A stretch of 64,000 nt of DNA, taken from assembly GCF_039654945.1 (NCBI RefSeq), contig NW_027361686.1:806001-870000 (forward strand), given 5' to 3'. The position numbers and the translations under genes are program-made. Under the pieces are notes generated by a model. The model was not told where the DNA came from and made no database searches. It worked only from the letters and a program-made list of their open reading frames with translations. Positions 23,858-36,615 of the stretch are shown in pieces. Numbering within the stretch: position 1 is the first letter of the stretch; each line of letters starts with the position of its first letter. Origin of the DNA: Dendrobates tinctorius (Eukaryota).

Positions 23858-24742
23858 TGTTAGGCGTCGCATTCTGACCCTGCACAGGAGGAATCTCGAG
23901 CCTTGCCTTCTGCGGTCTCCCATTCGGTCCCAGCCGCAGAGGGTCGTGTTCAGCAAAGACGTTAGTCCCTGGAGATACTCGATGCCGGCTAGCAGAGATT
24001 GCTATAGCTGGACCAGGGGTGGCAGAAGCAACCTAACCGACAGTGCTAGCCTGAGCAAGATGCTGGGATCAAGTCCTTCTTCTGAGCATGCCCGTGGCTT
24101 ATCCTCTCATTTGAGCTCGGGGATCACATGCTCAGGTCCTGTGGCTATTCCGATTGGACCACAGGGAAGGTCCCGGAAGGATGCCGCTATAAAAGGGTTG
24201 CATGGCCCCTCGGCCATGCGCTAAGATAGACTTTTGTTGAGACTTGTGTGAATGATTAAAGATGCATGAAACTGGTGACTGACTCATTAACTAACCACTC
24301 CCTTTGATATGTATGTTTTACGGTTAGTTTAGCTTGAGTTAGCGCCTCATGGTGGCAAAGAATGTGCCACAGTGCTCCAGTCTAAGCATAAAGGTTAGCA
24401 CCATAGTGCCGCCATATCTCCCGTACCTCTGGGCGGTACAAGTCTATCCGCTGCACCTTGTGACAGCTAACAGGGCCCAGCATGTTCCTAGCGTCACTCT
24501 CTAGCGCCGCTGTAGCGGCTCCGTGCGCAAGCAGGTCTAGAAGGACTCCGTGCCTCTGGGCAGAGTTCTGTGACCACATCGCTTGCGCTCATATCATATT
24601 ATTGCGACCCTGTGAAGTAACAGTGTTCACCTCGTACACTCCAGGTGAGGTAACCCGAGCGTGCTACTATCCGCCATTACCTAGCAGCAGGTTACACCTC
24701 TTACCATCATAATTATTTGGTGCGTACCGCTAGCCCGTAATA
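23858..24742 (+). repeat. 5' LTR
   Basis: Starts TGTTAGG, homologous to 32936-34035, TATAAAA at ~24188. Confidence 0.9.
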
Positions 24743-24770
24743 TTATCAAGACGCCAGGGTCTGGCTAGTA

Positions 24771-27067
24771 ATGGCGGACAAACAGCAACTGCTGCAGCAC
24801 ATCCGGCAGCTGGGGGCAGGTTGGCAGCTCTCGAGCGTTCAGCATCAGCTGCGGATGTCACTGCGGTCGCTGTTCGGGCAGACACGGAGGCTGTCTCCCG
24901 TATGACCACTGCCATCCCTGCTCCGACTTTGTCCCGCCTCCAGCTGCCCCAGAAGTTCTCGGGTGATAGTACTTCTTGTAGGGGTTTCGTCAGCCAGTGC
25001 GCTATACAGCTAGAGCTGCTGGCGGCACGATTCCACTCAGAGCGGGCTAAGGTGGAATTTATCATTTCCCTCCTGTCAGGTAGGGCTCTGGAGTGGGCCA
25101 CGCCACTGTGGGAGCGCGGTGACCCCGTGCTACAGAATGCCTCTCAGTTCCTGGTCACTCTGAAGCAAGTCTTTTTGGGGCCTCGGGTCACACATGACAC
25201 TGCGCTCCAGCTCCTGTCTTTAATACAGGGTTGGCCCTTGGTCAGCCAATATGCCATCCACTTCCGGAGTCTAGTCTCAGAGTTGGAGTGGCCTGATACG
25301 GTCCTCATTCCCATCTTCTGGAGAGGCCTCGCTGATCATGTCAAGGACGCCCTGACCACTGGGGAGGTCCCCGCAATGCTGGAGGATCTCATTACCGTCT
25401 CCACCTGAATTAATCTTTGTTTTACCGAGCAAGGGTTGGAGCGGGCCCAGTCCCCATCCAGAGGTACAGATTGGCACCAACCTTCGCTACACCTCCGGAA
25501 CTCCTCGATCAGGTGTCTGAGCCCCCTGAACCCATGGAGGTGTCTCACATGGGTTCCAAGTCCAGGTCCACGCGAGCATCCCTAGTCTGTTCCCTCTGTC
25601 GGTAGCCTGGTCATCATGCCAACAGGTGCCCACAGCAGTCTGGACGCTCGCGTTTAGTGGCTGTCAGAGGGGGTCTATTAGACACAGCGACACACTCATC
25701 CAAGTTGTCCATTAAGGGGACATTTGAGTTCAGCTCTTCCACTCTGGAGGTGCAGGTTTGCATGGATTCCGGAGCAGAGGGCAATTTTATGCCCTCCGCC
25801 TTCGCCCCACGGCACGCAATCCCCTTGGTCTTGCTACCTCAGCCTGTCACTATCAGAGTGGTAAATGGAGCGACACTACTCTCCCAGATTATCCAACAGA
25901 CTGCTCCACTGAGTCTCTCCCTGTCTCCATCCCATTAGGAGACGTTATCCCTCCTTTTTATGCCTGAGGGCCTCGATCAGGTCCTCCTAAGGGCCCATGG
26001 TTGCGTTTCCACTCTCCTCATATAGAGTGGTCCGTGGGAAAAATTCTCAGTTGGAGAGAGTCCTGTCAGGGTAGATGCCAGAGGGACTGCGTGCAGGTCA
26101 CAACCACAGAGGTTCCCGCGGGTCTTTCCTCGCTCCCCAAGCACTATCACCAGTATGCAGATGTTTTCTCCAAGAAAGCGGTGGACAGTCTTCCACCGCA
26201 CCATTCCTATGACTGTCCTATTGATCTCTTGCCTGGTGCTGAGCGTCCTTGGGGTCGAGTCTATCCCCTATCTCTCCCGAAGACCGAGGCCATGTCTCAA
26301 TACATCAGAGAGAATCTGGCAAGGGGATTCATTAGGAAGTCAGTGTCACCAGCGGGGGCGGGATTCTTCTTTGTCCAAAAGAAGAATGGGGAGTAACCTC
26401 CCTGCATTGATTACAGTGGTCTTAACGCCATCACCGTTAAGAATAAGTATCCTCTACCCCTGATATCAGAATTGTTTTGATAGATTATGAGGAGCAAGAG
26501 TTTTTTCCAAGCTGGATCTGCGGGGGGGCCAATAACCTGATACGCATTCGTGAAGGGGACGAATGGAAGGGGGCCTTTAACACCAAGGATGGCCATTACA
26601 AGTATCTAGTCATGCCCTTTGGGATCAGTAATGCTCCTGCCGTCTTCAAGGACTTTGTGAATGATATCTTTCGAGATATGCTCTCTGCCTCAGTGGTTGT
26701 CTATCTGGATGAAATTCTCATCTCTCCAGGTATGGACTCCCACCGGAGAGAGGTTTGCAAGGTCTTCGACCGCTTACGGGCAAATTCCCTCTATGCCAAG
26801 TTGGAGAAGAAGCAGGAGTCCTTGAATTTCCTGGGCTATATCATCTCTGCCCAGGGTTTAGCTATGGATCCTGTTAAGCTGCAGGCGGTAATGGACTGGC
26901 AAGAACCCCACTCTCTCAAAGCGGTGCAGCGCTTTCTGGGGTTCATAAACTATTATCGCCAGTTCATTCCCCACTTCTCCACCTTGGTAGCTCCCTTGGT
27001 TGCCCTTATCAAAAAGGGAGCTAACCCCAAGTTATGGTCGGAACAGGGCTTTTCCTCTAGTAAGTCA
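24771..27067 (+). pseudogene. Gypsy gag (retrotransposon gag, CCHC knuckle), aspartic protease and RT, degraded
   Basis: PQKFSGD...CRGFVSQC, CSLCR*PGHHANRC, MDSGAEGNF, YLVMPFG, VYLDE. Confidence 0.92.
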
Positions 27068-27693
27068 TTTTGGAAGTGCATTGAGCAGCAGGGTGGTTTG
27101 CTGGTAAAAGGAAAAAAAAAATCTCTTTTAAATCTTCTGCCTGAGCGAGGGTGAGCGAGCTGAGAGTCACCTGAGCGTAAGTGCGAACTGTGGTAAGTGT
27201 GTGACTTGCGATTCAGTGAAGAGGTATTTGGAAAACTTTTAACAAATACCTGTGTGAATTGGTGTGAGTTGCTGAATTGTGGGTTGCTGAGTGTTTTTCT
27301 ACCTGTTCAGTTTTTGGGGGGCTTGTTTAACCTATTTTTTTTCTCTACAGGGTTAATCTCTTATTTTACTATCTGTGTTTTTAAGAGTTAACTATATTGC
27401 ATTTAAACCTTGAGGTGTAACTATATTCACAAGGGGTTAATAAAGGGTGGGGGTTCAAAATTAAGGATTTATAAGGGGCAGCTGGTTGGGGCTCAATTCC
27501 TTTTGGAAGTGCATTGAGCAGCAGGGTGGTTTGCTGGTAAAAGGAAAAAAAAAATCTCTTTTAAATCTTCTGCCTGAGCGAGTGAGAGTGAGCTGAGTGT
27601 GACCTGAGTGTTGGTGCGAACTGTGGTAAGTGTGTGACTTGTGATTCAGTGACTATGGATTCAGGGAATTTCCAAGGGAGGAATTACAAAGGC

Positions 27694-28270
27694 ATGTCCT
27701 CTGAAAGCCGGAGCAGTGTCTGCTCCAGTAAGGGGGGAAATAGGAGAGCAGGGCAGGCCAGACAGGTGCTGGTAGTGGGGGACTCAATTATTAGGGGAAC
27801 AGATAGGGCAATCTGTCACAAAGACAGGGATGGTCGAACGGTGTGCTGCCTACCTGGCGCTCGAGTCCAACACATCGCTGATCGGGTTGACAGATTACTT
27901 GAAAGGGCTGGTGAGGATCCAGTGGTCATGGTGCACATTGGCACAAATGACAAAGTTAGAGGTAGGTGGAAGGTCCTTAAAGAAGATTTCAGGGAATTAG
28001 GCTGCAAGCTTACAGCAAGGACCTCCAAGGTGATATTTTCGGAAATACTTCCCATAGCACGTGCCACGCCAGAGAGGCAACGGGAGATTGGGGGGGTTAA
28101 TAAGTGGCTTAGGAATTGGTGTAGGAAGGAGGGGTTTGGGTTCCTGGAGAAGTGGGCCGACTTGGCTCAGTTGGCTACAGGTTCTACGCTAGGGACGGGC
28201 TGCACCTCAATGGGGAGGGTGCAGCTGTGCTGGGGGAGAAAATGACTAGGTTGGAGGAGTATTTAAACTA
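27694..28270 (+). pseudogene. CR1 ORF1 SGNH/GDSL esterase domain (N-terminal part apparently missing)
   Basis: VLVVGDSIIRG, CLPGAR, VHIGTND; DGLHLN lies in a shifted frame at ~28194. Confidence 0.88.
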
Positions 28271-28419
28271 TGGACCGGGGGGAGGGTATTCCTTTTATAG
28301 GAGGGGAAGACAGTGCAGATAGAAACCTGGGCAAAAATAATGAAATTGGGGGAGTGGCATGGGTGGTGGGGTTAGAACTGTTAATAATTTAAGAAAGAAT
28401 AGAGGTACAGAGAGATACA

Positions 28420-31100
28420 TAAAGTGCATGTATACTAATACCAGTAGCCTCGCCAACAAAATAGAGGAATTAAAGTTAATTTTGTTAGAGCATAATTATG
28501 ACATGGTGGGGATATCGGAGACATGGCTGGATGAGAGCCATGACTGTGCTGTTAATTTATAGGGCTATAGTCTGTTCAGAAATGACCGTACAAACAAGCG
28601 AGGGGGAGGCGCGTGTTTATATGTAAAATCTTCCTTAAAACCCATCCTGCATGTTAATATATATGAATCTAATGACAATGTAGAGTCCCTGTGGGTGGAG
28701 ATAAGGGGAGGGGGAAAAATAATAAATTACTGATAGGGGTTTGTTATAAGTCTCCAAAAATAATGGAAGCAACAGAGAATATCCTCATCAAGCAAATAAG
28801 TGAAGCTGCGACTCAAGGAGAAGTCATTATTATGGGGGACTTCAATTACCCTCAAATACATTGGGGAACCGAAACTTTGCAGTTCCAGCAAAGGTAATAG
28901 TTTTCTGACAACTATGAGAGACAATTACCTTTCACAACTGGTTCAGGACCCAACAAGAGGGGGGCACTGCTAGACCTAATATTAACCAACAGGCCAGATC
29001 GCATATCAAATATAAGGGTTGAGGGTCACTTGGGTAATAGTGATCACAAAATAATAAGTTTTCAGGTGTCCTTTAATAAGATGTGTAGTAGAGGAGTTAC
29101 AAGGACACTAAACTTCAGGAAAGCAAATTTCCAACGGATGAGAGATGATCTTGGTGCAATTAACGGGACGGTATCTTGAGACATAAAAATACACAAAGAA
29201 AATGGGAGACGTTTATTAGCATCCTGAATAGGACCTGTGCACAATATATACCGTATGGGAATAAACATGTTAGAAATAGGAGGAAACCACTATGGCTAAA
29301 TAGAGCTGTAAGGGGAGCAATAAGTGACAAAAATAAAGCATTTAGAGAATTAAAGCAAGTAGGTAGTGATGAGGCATTAAATAAATACAGAAAATTAAAT
29401 AAATTCTGTAAAAAGCAAATCAAGGCAGCAAAGATTGAGACAGAGAGACTCATTGCCAGAGAAAGTAAAAATAATCCCAAAATATTCTATAACTACATAA
29501 ATAGTAAGAAACTAAAAATGATAGTGTTGGCCCCCTTAAAAATAGTCTGGGTGAAATGGTGGATGAGGAAAAAGCCAACATGCTAAATGAATTTTTTTCA
29601 ACAGTATTTATACAAGAAAATCCCATGACGGATAACATGATCAGTGATAAAAATTTTCCATTAAATGTCACCTGCTTAACCCAGCAGGAAGTAAAGCAGG
29701 GTCTAAAAATCACTAAAATTTACAAATCCCCAGGCCCGGATGGGATACACCCCCGAGTACTGCAGGAATTAAGTACAGTCATAGATAGACCACTATTTTT
29801 AATCTTTAAAGATTCCATAATAACAGGATTTGTATCACAGGACTAGCGTATGGCAAATGTGGTGCCAATATTCAAAAAGGGGACAAAAACTGAACTTGGA
29901 AATTATAGGCCAGTAAGTTTAACCTCAACTGTGAGTAAAATCCTGGAGGGTTTTCTAAGAGATACTATACTGGAGTCCTGTCAGACTCATCTGATAAGCT
30001 TTTATGAAGAGGTAAGTTCCGGACTGGACCAAGAGAATGCAGTGGACGTGGTTTACATGGACTTTTCAAAAGCTTTTGATACGGTGCCACACAAAAGGTT
30101 GATATATAAAATGAGAACAATGGGGACAGGGGAAAATATGTGTAAGTGGGCTAAGAGTTGGCTCAGGGATAGGAAACAAAGGGTGGTTATTAATGGAGCA
30201 CACTCGGACTGGGTCACGGTTAGCAGTGGGGTACCACAGGGGTCAGTATTGGGCCCGCTTCTTTTCAACATATTTATTAATGACCTTGTAGGGGGCATAG
30301 AGAGTAGAATTTCAATATTTGCAGATGACACAAAATTCTGCAGGGTAATCAATACAGAGGAGGACAATTTTATATTACAGGAGGATTTGTGTAAACTAGA
30401 AGCTTGGGCTGAAAAATGGCAAATGAGGATAAATGTAAGGTCATGCACTTGGGTAGAACAAACAAGATGTATAATTATGTGTTTATTGGAAAACAGTGGG
30501 CAAAACTGTCACTGAAAAAGACCTGGGTGTATGGGTGGACGACAAACTCACATTTAGTGGCCAGTGTTAGGCAGCTGCTGCAAAGGCAAATAAAATAATG
30601 GGATGCATTAAAAGAGGCATAGATGCTCATGAGGAGAACATAATTTTACCTCTATATAAGTCACTAGTGCGACCACACTTAGAATACTGCGTACAGTTTT
30701 GGTCTCAGGTATATAAGAAAGACATAGCTGAACTGGAGTGGGTGCAGAGAAGAGAGACCAAGGTTATTAGGGAACTGGGGGGTCTGCAATACCAAGACAG
30801 GTTATTACACTTTGGGTTATTTAGTTTGGAAAATCGAAGGCTTAGGAGTGATCTTATTACAATGTATAAATATATGCGGGGACAGTACAAAGACTTTTCT
30901 AATGATCTTTTTACTCTTAGACCTGTGACGGGGACAAGGGGGCATCCTCTACGTCTGGAGGAAAGAAGGTTTAAGCATAATCACAGACGCGCATTCTTTA
31001 CTGTAAGAGCAGTGAGACTATGGCACTCTCTGCCATATGAGTGATTCCCTACTAAAATTTAAGAAGGGTCTGGATGCCTTTCTTGAAAAGTATAATATTA
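28420..31100 (+). pseudogene. CR1 ORF2 (APE endonuclease and RT), disrupted
   Basis: GISETWL, MGDFN, KSPGPDGIHP, NYRPVSLTS, DFSKAFD, GVPQGSVLGP, FADD, RPHLEYC. Confidence 0.93.
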
Positions 31101-31332
31101 CAGGTTTTATACACTAGTTTCCTTAATATTGCGTTGATCCAGGGAGCTAGTCTGATTGCCGTATGTGGAGTCGGGAAGGAATTTTTTTCCCCAATGTGAA
31201 GCTTACTGATTGCAACATGGGTTTTTTTTGCCTTCCTCTGGATCAATGTTAGGGCAAGTTAGGATAGGATATGGGTTGAACTAGATGGATTTAAAGTCTT
31301 CCTTCAACCTTAATAACAATGTTACTATGTTA

Positions 31333-32925
31333 CTTTGCTAGCGCTTCCATTCTATATCGTCCCGATGTAGACAAACCCATCATCTTGGAGGTAGATGCCT
31401 CTTACGTGAGTGCTGGAGTGGTCCTCTTTCAGAAGGATGCTCAGGGTCGGAAGCACCTCTGCTTCTTCTCTAAAACTTTTTCACCGGCGGAGAGGAACTA
31501 TTCTATCGGGTACAGGGAGTTGCTAGTGATGAAATTGGCCTTCTCAGATTGGAGACATCTCCTGGAGGGGGCTCGATTCCCTTTCCAGGTGTTCACCGAC
31601 CATAAAAACTTGGTGCATCTCCAAACCGCCCAGCGGTTAAATTCTCGCCAAACCCGATGGTCTCTCTTCTTCTCCCGTTTCCACTTCACCCTACATTTCC
31701 TTTCCGGTGAGAAGAATGTCAGGGCCAATGCGCTCTCTCGCTCCGTGGAGTCAGCGGAGGAGCCTTGGTTAATTGTACTATCTGAAAGCCTGAGGACAGT
31801 GGCTCCGGTCGCCCTTGAGTCTGTACCCCCGGGCAATACTTTTGTCCCTGCCCGTTTGCTTCCGGAGGCCCTCTCTTGGACTCACGCGTCCAGGGTGGGT
31901 GGACACTTTGGTACTAAGCGGACAGCTGAGCTTTCGGCGAGGACGTACTGGTGGTCACATATGACCCGTGACATCAGAGACTGTATTCAGGTGTGCATCT
32001 CCTGCGCCAAAAATAAGTCTTCCCGGCAATGACCCGCTGGGTTACTTAACCCCTTACTGGTGGCGGACAGGCCCTGGGAGATGGGTAGACCCACCACAAA
32101 GTCCATGCCAACCAAGTCCTGTGGCAGCACATTTATTTGTCATCACCGATCATTTTTCTAAAATGGTGCACTTGGTGCATCTCTCTTGGCTACCTTCCCC
32201 ATGGGGCCTGGCAGTGTTGTTCATTAAACATGTTTTCCGGTTACACGGCATGTCAGACAAGATTGTCAGTGTCCGGGGTCCACAGTTTGCATCTCGGTTC
32301 TGGATAGAGGTTTGTCGCTTGCTCAGTATTGAGCTGAATCTCTTCTTGGCCTATCATCCTGAGATGAACGGGTTGGTAGAGAGGGTCAACCAGACCCTGG
32401 TCACATATCTACGACATTTTGTCTTGGCCAGGCAGAATGCCATTCGGGCCTCTAAGGAGAGAATGAGGGTTCCGCGGACACACACCGGCATCCTGCTTTG
32501 ACCTTCAACCTTCTCCCCTGGCGACTTAGTGTTGCTCTCTGCCCGTAACATCAGGCTGTGAGTCGAGTCCACTAAGTTCGCTCCTCGCTACATTGGTCCC
32601 TTTAAGGTCCTCGAACAGATCAGCTCTCTGGTCTATCGGCTGGCTCTCCCTCCACGCTTAGGTATCACTGACACTTTCCATGTTTCCCTCCTTAAGCCTG
32701 TTCACATGTCCCAGTTCTCCGAGTCATCTGCAGGGACATCAGGTCCCTCCTCGGACGAGTACAAGGTCATTGTGGGGTGTCAGGTGGTACGCGGCAAAAA
32801 GTACGGGTGGATTGGAGGGGTCATGGCCCAGAGGACTGAACCTGGGAACCAGTGGAGAACATCCATGCGCCTCAGCTCATTGCAGCCTTTGACCATAGTG
32901 AGGCTCAGGGGAGGAGGGACCTAGG
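31333..32925 (+). pseudogene. Gypsy RNase H, integrase and C-terminal chromodomain, degraded
   Basis: EVDAS, TDHKNL, H-x6-H...CISC, DHFSKMVH, YHPEMNGLVERVNQ, GPF, chromo-like ...RGKKY...[20 protein letters not shown] at ~32755-32895. Confidence 0.9.
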
Positions 32926-32935
32926 AGGGGGGTAA

Positions 32936-34035
32936 TGTTGGGCATCGTATTCCAGCCCCTGCACAGGAGGTATCTCGAGCCTTGCCTTCTGTGGTCTCCC
33001 ATTCGGTCCCAACCGCAGAGGTTCCTGCTCAGCAAAGATGTCGATCCCAGCATCTTGCTCAGGCTAGCACTGTCGGTTTGGTTGCTGCTGTCACCCCTGG
33101 TCCAGCTATAGCAATCCATGCTAGCCAGCAGCGAGCAGCTCCAGGGACTAAGTCCTCCTTTTGGTCCACTGAGCATGCCCGTGGGACGATCTCTCATTGG
33201 AGATCGGAGGTCACATGTTCAGGTCCTTCTCTAGCTCGGAATGGACCCTCAGGAAGGTCCCAGAAGGAAGTTGCTATAAAAAGTTTGCATGGCCGCCCCG
33301 CCAAGCGCTATGCTAGACATTGAGTCTTTTGCTTTAGTGGTGTGTCTGATGATGGATGTATGATTCTTTCGGACTATGCCGTGGCTTATACTCTCATCTG
33401 AGCTCGGGGATCACATGCTCAGGTCCTGTGGCTATTCTGATTGGGCCACAGGGAAGGTCCCTGAAGGACGCCACTATAAAAGACTAACAGACTTTTGTTG
33501 AGACTTGTGTGAGTGATGAAGGATGCATGAAACTGATGACTGACTCATTAAATAACCCCTCCCTTTGATACATATGTTTTAGGGTTAGTTTAGCTTGAGT
33601 CAGTGCCTCATGGTGGCAAAGCATGTGCCACAGTGCACCAGGCTAAGCAAAAAGATTAGCGCCATAGTGCCACCATATCTCCCGTACCTCTGGGCGGTAC
33701 ATGTCTATCCGCTGCAACTGACAGCTAACAGGGCCCAGCATTTTCCTAGTGTCACTCTAGCACCGCTGAAGCGGCTCCGTGAGCAAGCGGGTCTAGAAGG
33801 ACTGACTCCATGCCTCTGGGAAGAGTTCTGTGACCACATCGCTTGAGCTCATATCATATTAGTGCGACCATGTGAAGTAACAGGGTTCACCTCGTACATT
33901 CCGAGTGAGGTAACCCGAGCGTGTTACTATCCGCCATTACCTAGCAGCAGGTTACATCTCTGAACAGTGGACCCCGGGCTGTGAACGCACCTCTTACCAT
34001 CATAATTATTTGGTGCGTTCCGCCAGCCCGAAACA
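32936..34035 (+). repeat. 3' LTR (longer than the 5' LTR; contains an internal ~200-bp repeat)
   Basis: Follows the PPT, TGT...ACA termini, homologous to the 5' LTR. Confidence 0.9.
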
Positions 34036-34246
34036 ACATAGGAACCCTTCTTTGATATCACCTTCACAATTCTTGCATCCATTGAACTTGTGAGTTTTTG
34101 GAGTGATTCTGCTTGTACTTCTTTGAATGAAGTCAGAATAGCCTCCCAGAGCTGCAGTTTTGATGTGAACTGCCTCCCACCCTCCTAGATCTTTTGCTTG
34201 ATGATACTCCAAAGGTTCTCTATAGGGTTGAGGTCAGGGCAAGATG

Positions 34247-35968
34247 TGTTATGGCCTTGCGGAATGGACCAAATAATATAAAACGGTATAGAGGGGCGTT
34301 CGCAGCCCGGGGTCCACTGTGCAGAGATGTTAACTGCTGCTTAGTAATGGCGGAGCACTAAGTAGACACTTGCGGGATAACTGCTGACCCGTTGTGTACA
34401 GGAGCGAACTCAGTTACCTCACTGAGAAGCTGGGACGAGTGCGAGAGCCTGTTTATCCTCACAGGACTCGGTAGGAGAGCGCTAGTGCTAAGACACAAGA
34501 CTCTGCCCAAAGGACACAGGGTTAGAGCCCCTATAGTCCCACTAGTGCTCAGCACCGCAGCAACAATGCATGGACAGACACTAATTGAAAGCTGTGCCCT
34601 GTTAGCAGTCACAGGGTGCAGCTGCACTTAGCTTACCACACTATATGTGTACAGAGCAGCTCTGGCAGATGCCACTAGCCAGCCTAAGCTCAGGACTGGA
34701 AAGCGCATAGGACACGCACGGTGCCGCTGTAACAGATGGTGCAGTAGCGTAGTGCCTAAGGTAGAGTGACACACTCTGGCGCTAGCATGTGAGAGGTGCT
34801 GGAAGCACTGCGACGCTAGGCAGTGCCAAAACTAGGCGCTGAGACCGGACTCTAAACCCTAACAACATGCGTAGCAAAGGGAAGGGGTTTCATAATGAGT
34901 CATTCAGCGGTTCACAAACATCCATCATAACACACATCTCTACCAATTACTGTGTATACTAGCGCATAGACGAGAGGCCATGCGAACCTTTTATAGCAGC
35001 GTCCTTCCGGAACCTTCCTGATGGTCCAATCCGAGCTGGAGAAGGACCTGAGCATGTGACCTCCAATCTCCAATGAGAGATCATCCCATGGGCATGCTCA
35101 GTGGATGGAAAGGAGGACTTAGTCACTGGAGTAGCTCGCTGCTAACCAGCAGGCGTTGCTATAGCTGGACCAGAGGTAGCAGCAGCAACCAAACCCACTG
35201 TCATGATCCAGGACGGGGATTCGCTTTGGCACGTCCTGGTCTGACTGGGGGTTAATTGTCCCGCCTCTCTCTGGCAGAGGGCGGCTATTTAATGCTCACT
35301 GGACCTAGGTCCGGTGTCAGTTATACTCCTGCCCTCAGCTGAGTTAGTTGACCTCGTGCATACGTGTGCATTGTGCCTGATATCTTGCTTGTTTGGTTTT
35401 GATCCGGTTCTGTCCCTGTTACGAGTTCTGCCTGTCCCTCTTGTACTGCGCTACCTCTCGTGTATGACTCTCTGCTTGTGACCCGACTTCTCTCTGCTTG
35501 TCCCCTTGGTACCACGTCGCCCTTTTGTGTATGACCTTTGGCTTTGTCTGACCTCCCGTCTGTTTATCCCTTCTGTACCTCGCTGTTCGTACTGTGAACG
35601 ACCTCTGTTTTGCCCGACTCTGAGTTTTCTATCTTCTCTGAAAGCAGGACGCTAAGCCCCGCCCCTTGCAGCCACATGACCGTAGGTCCCGTGCCGGCTT
35701 GCTAAACTTCAGCACTCCGGTCCTGTGCACCTATACTTTCTGGCTGTCCTGGTCCCCAGGGGTCCCTACAGTGCGGGTGAGTCCCTGCTCAGCGGAGGCT
35801 GTACGCCGGCGCTGTCAGGATCCTGATACCCACAGTGCTTGTCTGAGCAAGTGCCGGGATCGACGAGTCTGCTGAGCAGCCTCTTCTGCAGCCAGAGAGG
35901 AATGGGAGACCGCCAAAGGCAAGGCTTGGGTTTCCTGCTGTGCAGTGACAGGAACCTGATGTCTAACA
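34247..35968 (-). mobile_element. Solo LTR related to the Gypsy LTR family above
   Basis: TGT...ACA, 5-bp TSD AGATG (34242-34246, 35969-35973); reverse complement resembles 32936-34035. Confidence 0.88.
35199..35828. mobile_element. Unrelated solo LTR nested in the previous solo LTR
   Basis: Terminal IR TGTCATGATCC / GGATCCTGATA, 5-bp TSD CCCAC. Confidence 0.82.
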
Positions 35969-36145
35969 AGATGGTGGGCACACAATGAGTTTATCTCCTT
36001 TTATGCCCATAGCAGCCAATGACTCAGAGGTATTCTTTACAGCATGAGATGGTGCATTGTCACGCATGAAAATGATTTTGCTCTTGAAGGAACTTTTCTG
36101 CTTTTTATACCATGGAAGAAAGTTGTCAGTCAGAAACTCTACATA

Positions 36146-36560
36146 CAGTTGTGGACAAAAATATTGACACCCCTGCAATTCTGTCAGATAATACTCAGTT
36201 TCTTCCTGAAGTCTTCAGACAGTTCTTTGGTCTTCTTTCTTTTCTCCATGCTCAATGTGGTACACAACAAGGACACAGGACAGAGGTTGAGTCAACTTTA
36301 ATCCATGTGCTGTTAATTACACAAATTAGAGAAGCATCACATGATTTTTCGAACAGTCCAATACTTTTGTCCACCCTCTTTTTTATGTTTGGTGTGGAAT
36401 TATATCCAATTTGGCTTTAGGACAATTCTTTTTGTTTTTTCATTTAAGACAAATTAAATGAAGATAATACCAAAGAATTTGTGTTTGCAATCATTTTCAG
36501 GAAGAAACTGAGTATTATCTGACAGAATTGCAGGGGTGTCAATACATTTGGCCACAACTG
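36146..36560. mobile_element. Non-autonomous Tc1-type element
   Basis: ~65-bp TIRs CAGTTGTGG(A/C)CAAA...; TA TSD. Confidence 0.9.
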
Positions 36561-36615
36561 TACCTTGCAGAGGCACCTTCAGAAATCTTAGTTCCAGTGT
36601 TTTCCTGTCTGTTAC

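Larger units (their letters stand above)
27068..31332 (+). mobile_element. Near full-length CR1 LINE inserted in Gypsy pol
   Basis: Esterase ORF1, EN-RT ORF2 and a 3' (aactatgtt-like) microsatellite tail; Gypsy pol resumes at ~31333. Confidence 0.92.
23858..34035 (+). mobile_element. Ty3/Gypsy chromovirus-type (Sushi/PEG10-RTL1-like) LTR retrotransposon with both LTRs, interrupted by a CR1
   Basis: LTRs at 23858-24742 and 32936-34035, polypurine tract at ~32907-32933, order gag-PR-RT-RH-IN-chromo. Confidence 0.93.
23550..36590 (-). mobile_element. Tc1/mariner fragment (pieces 23550-23857, 34036-34246, 35969-36145, 36561-36590) split by nested insertions
   Basis: Pieces join to match the uninterrupted copy at 38191-38957; IFMRDNAPSH motif on the minus strand. 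Confidence 0.85.
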
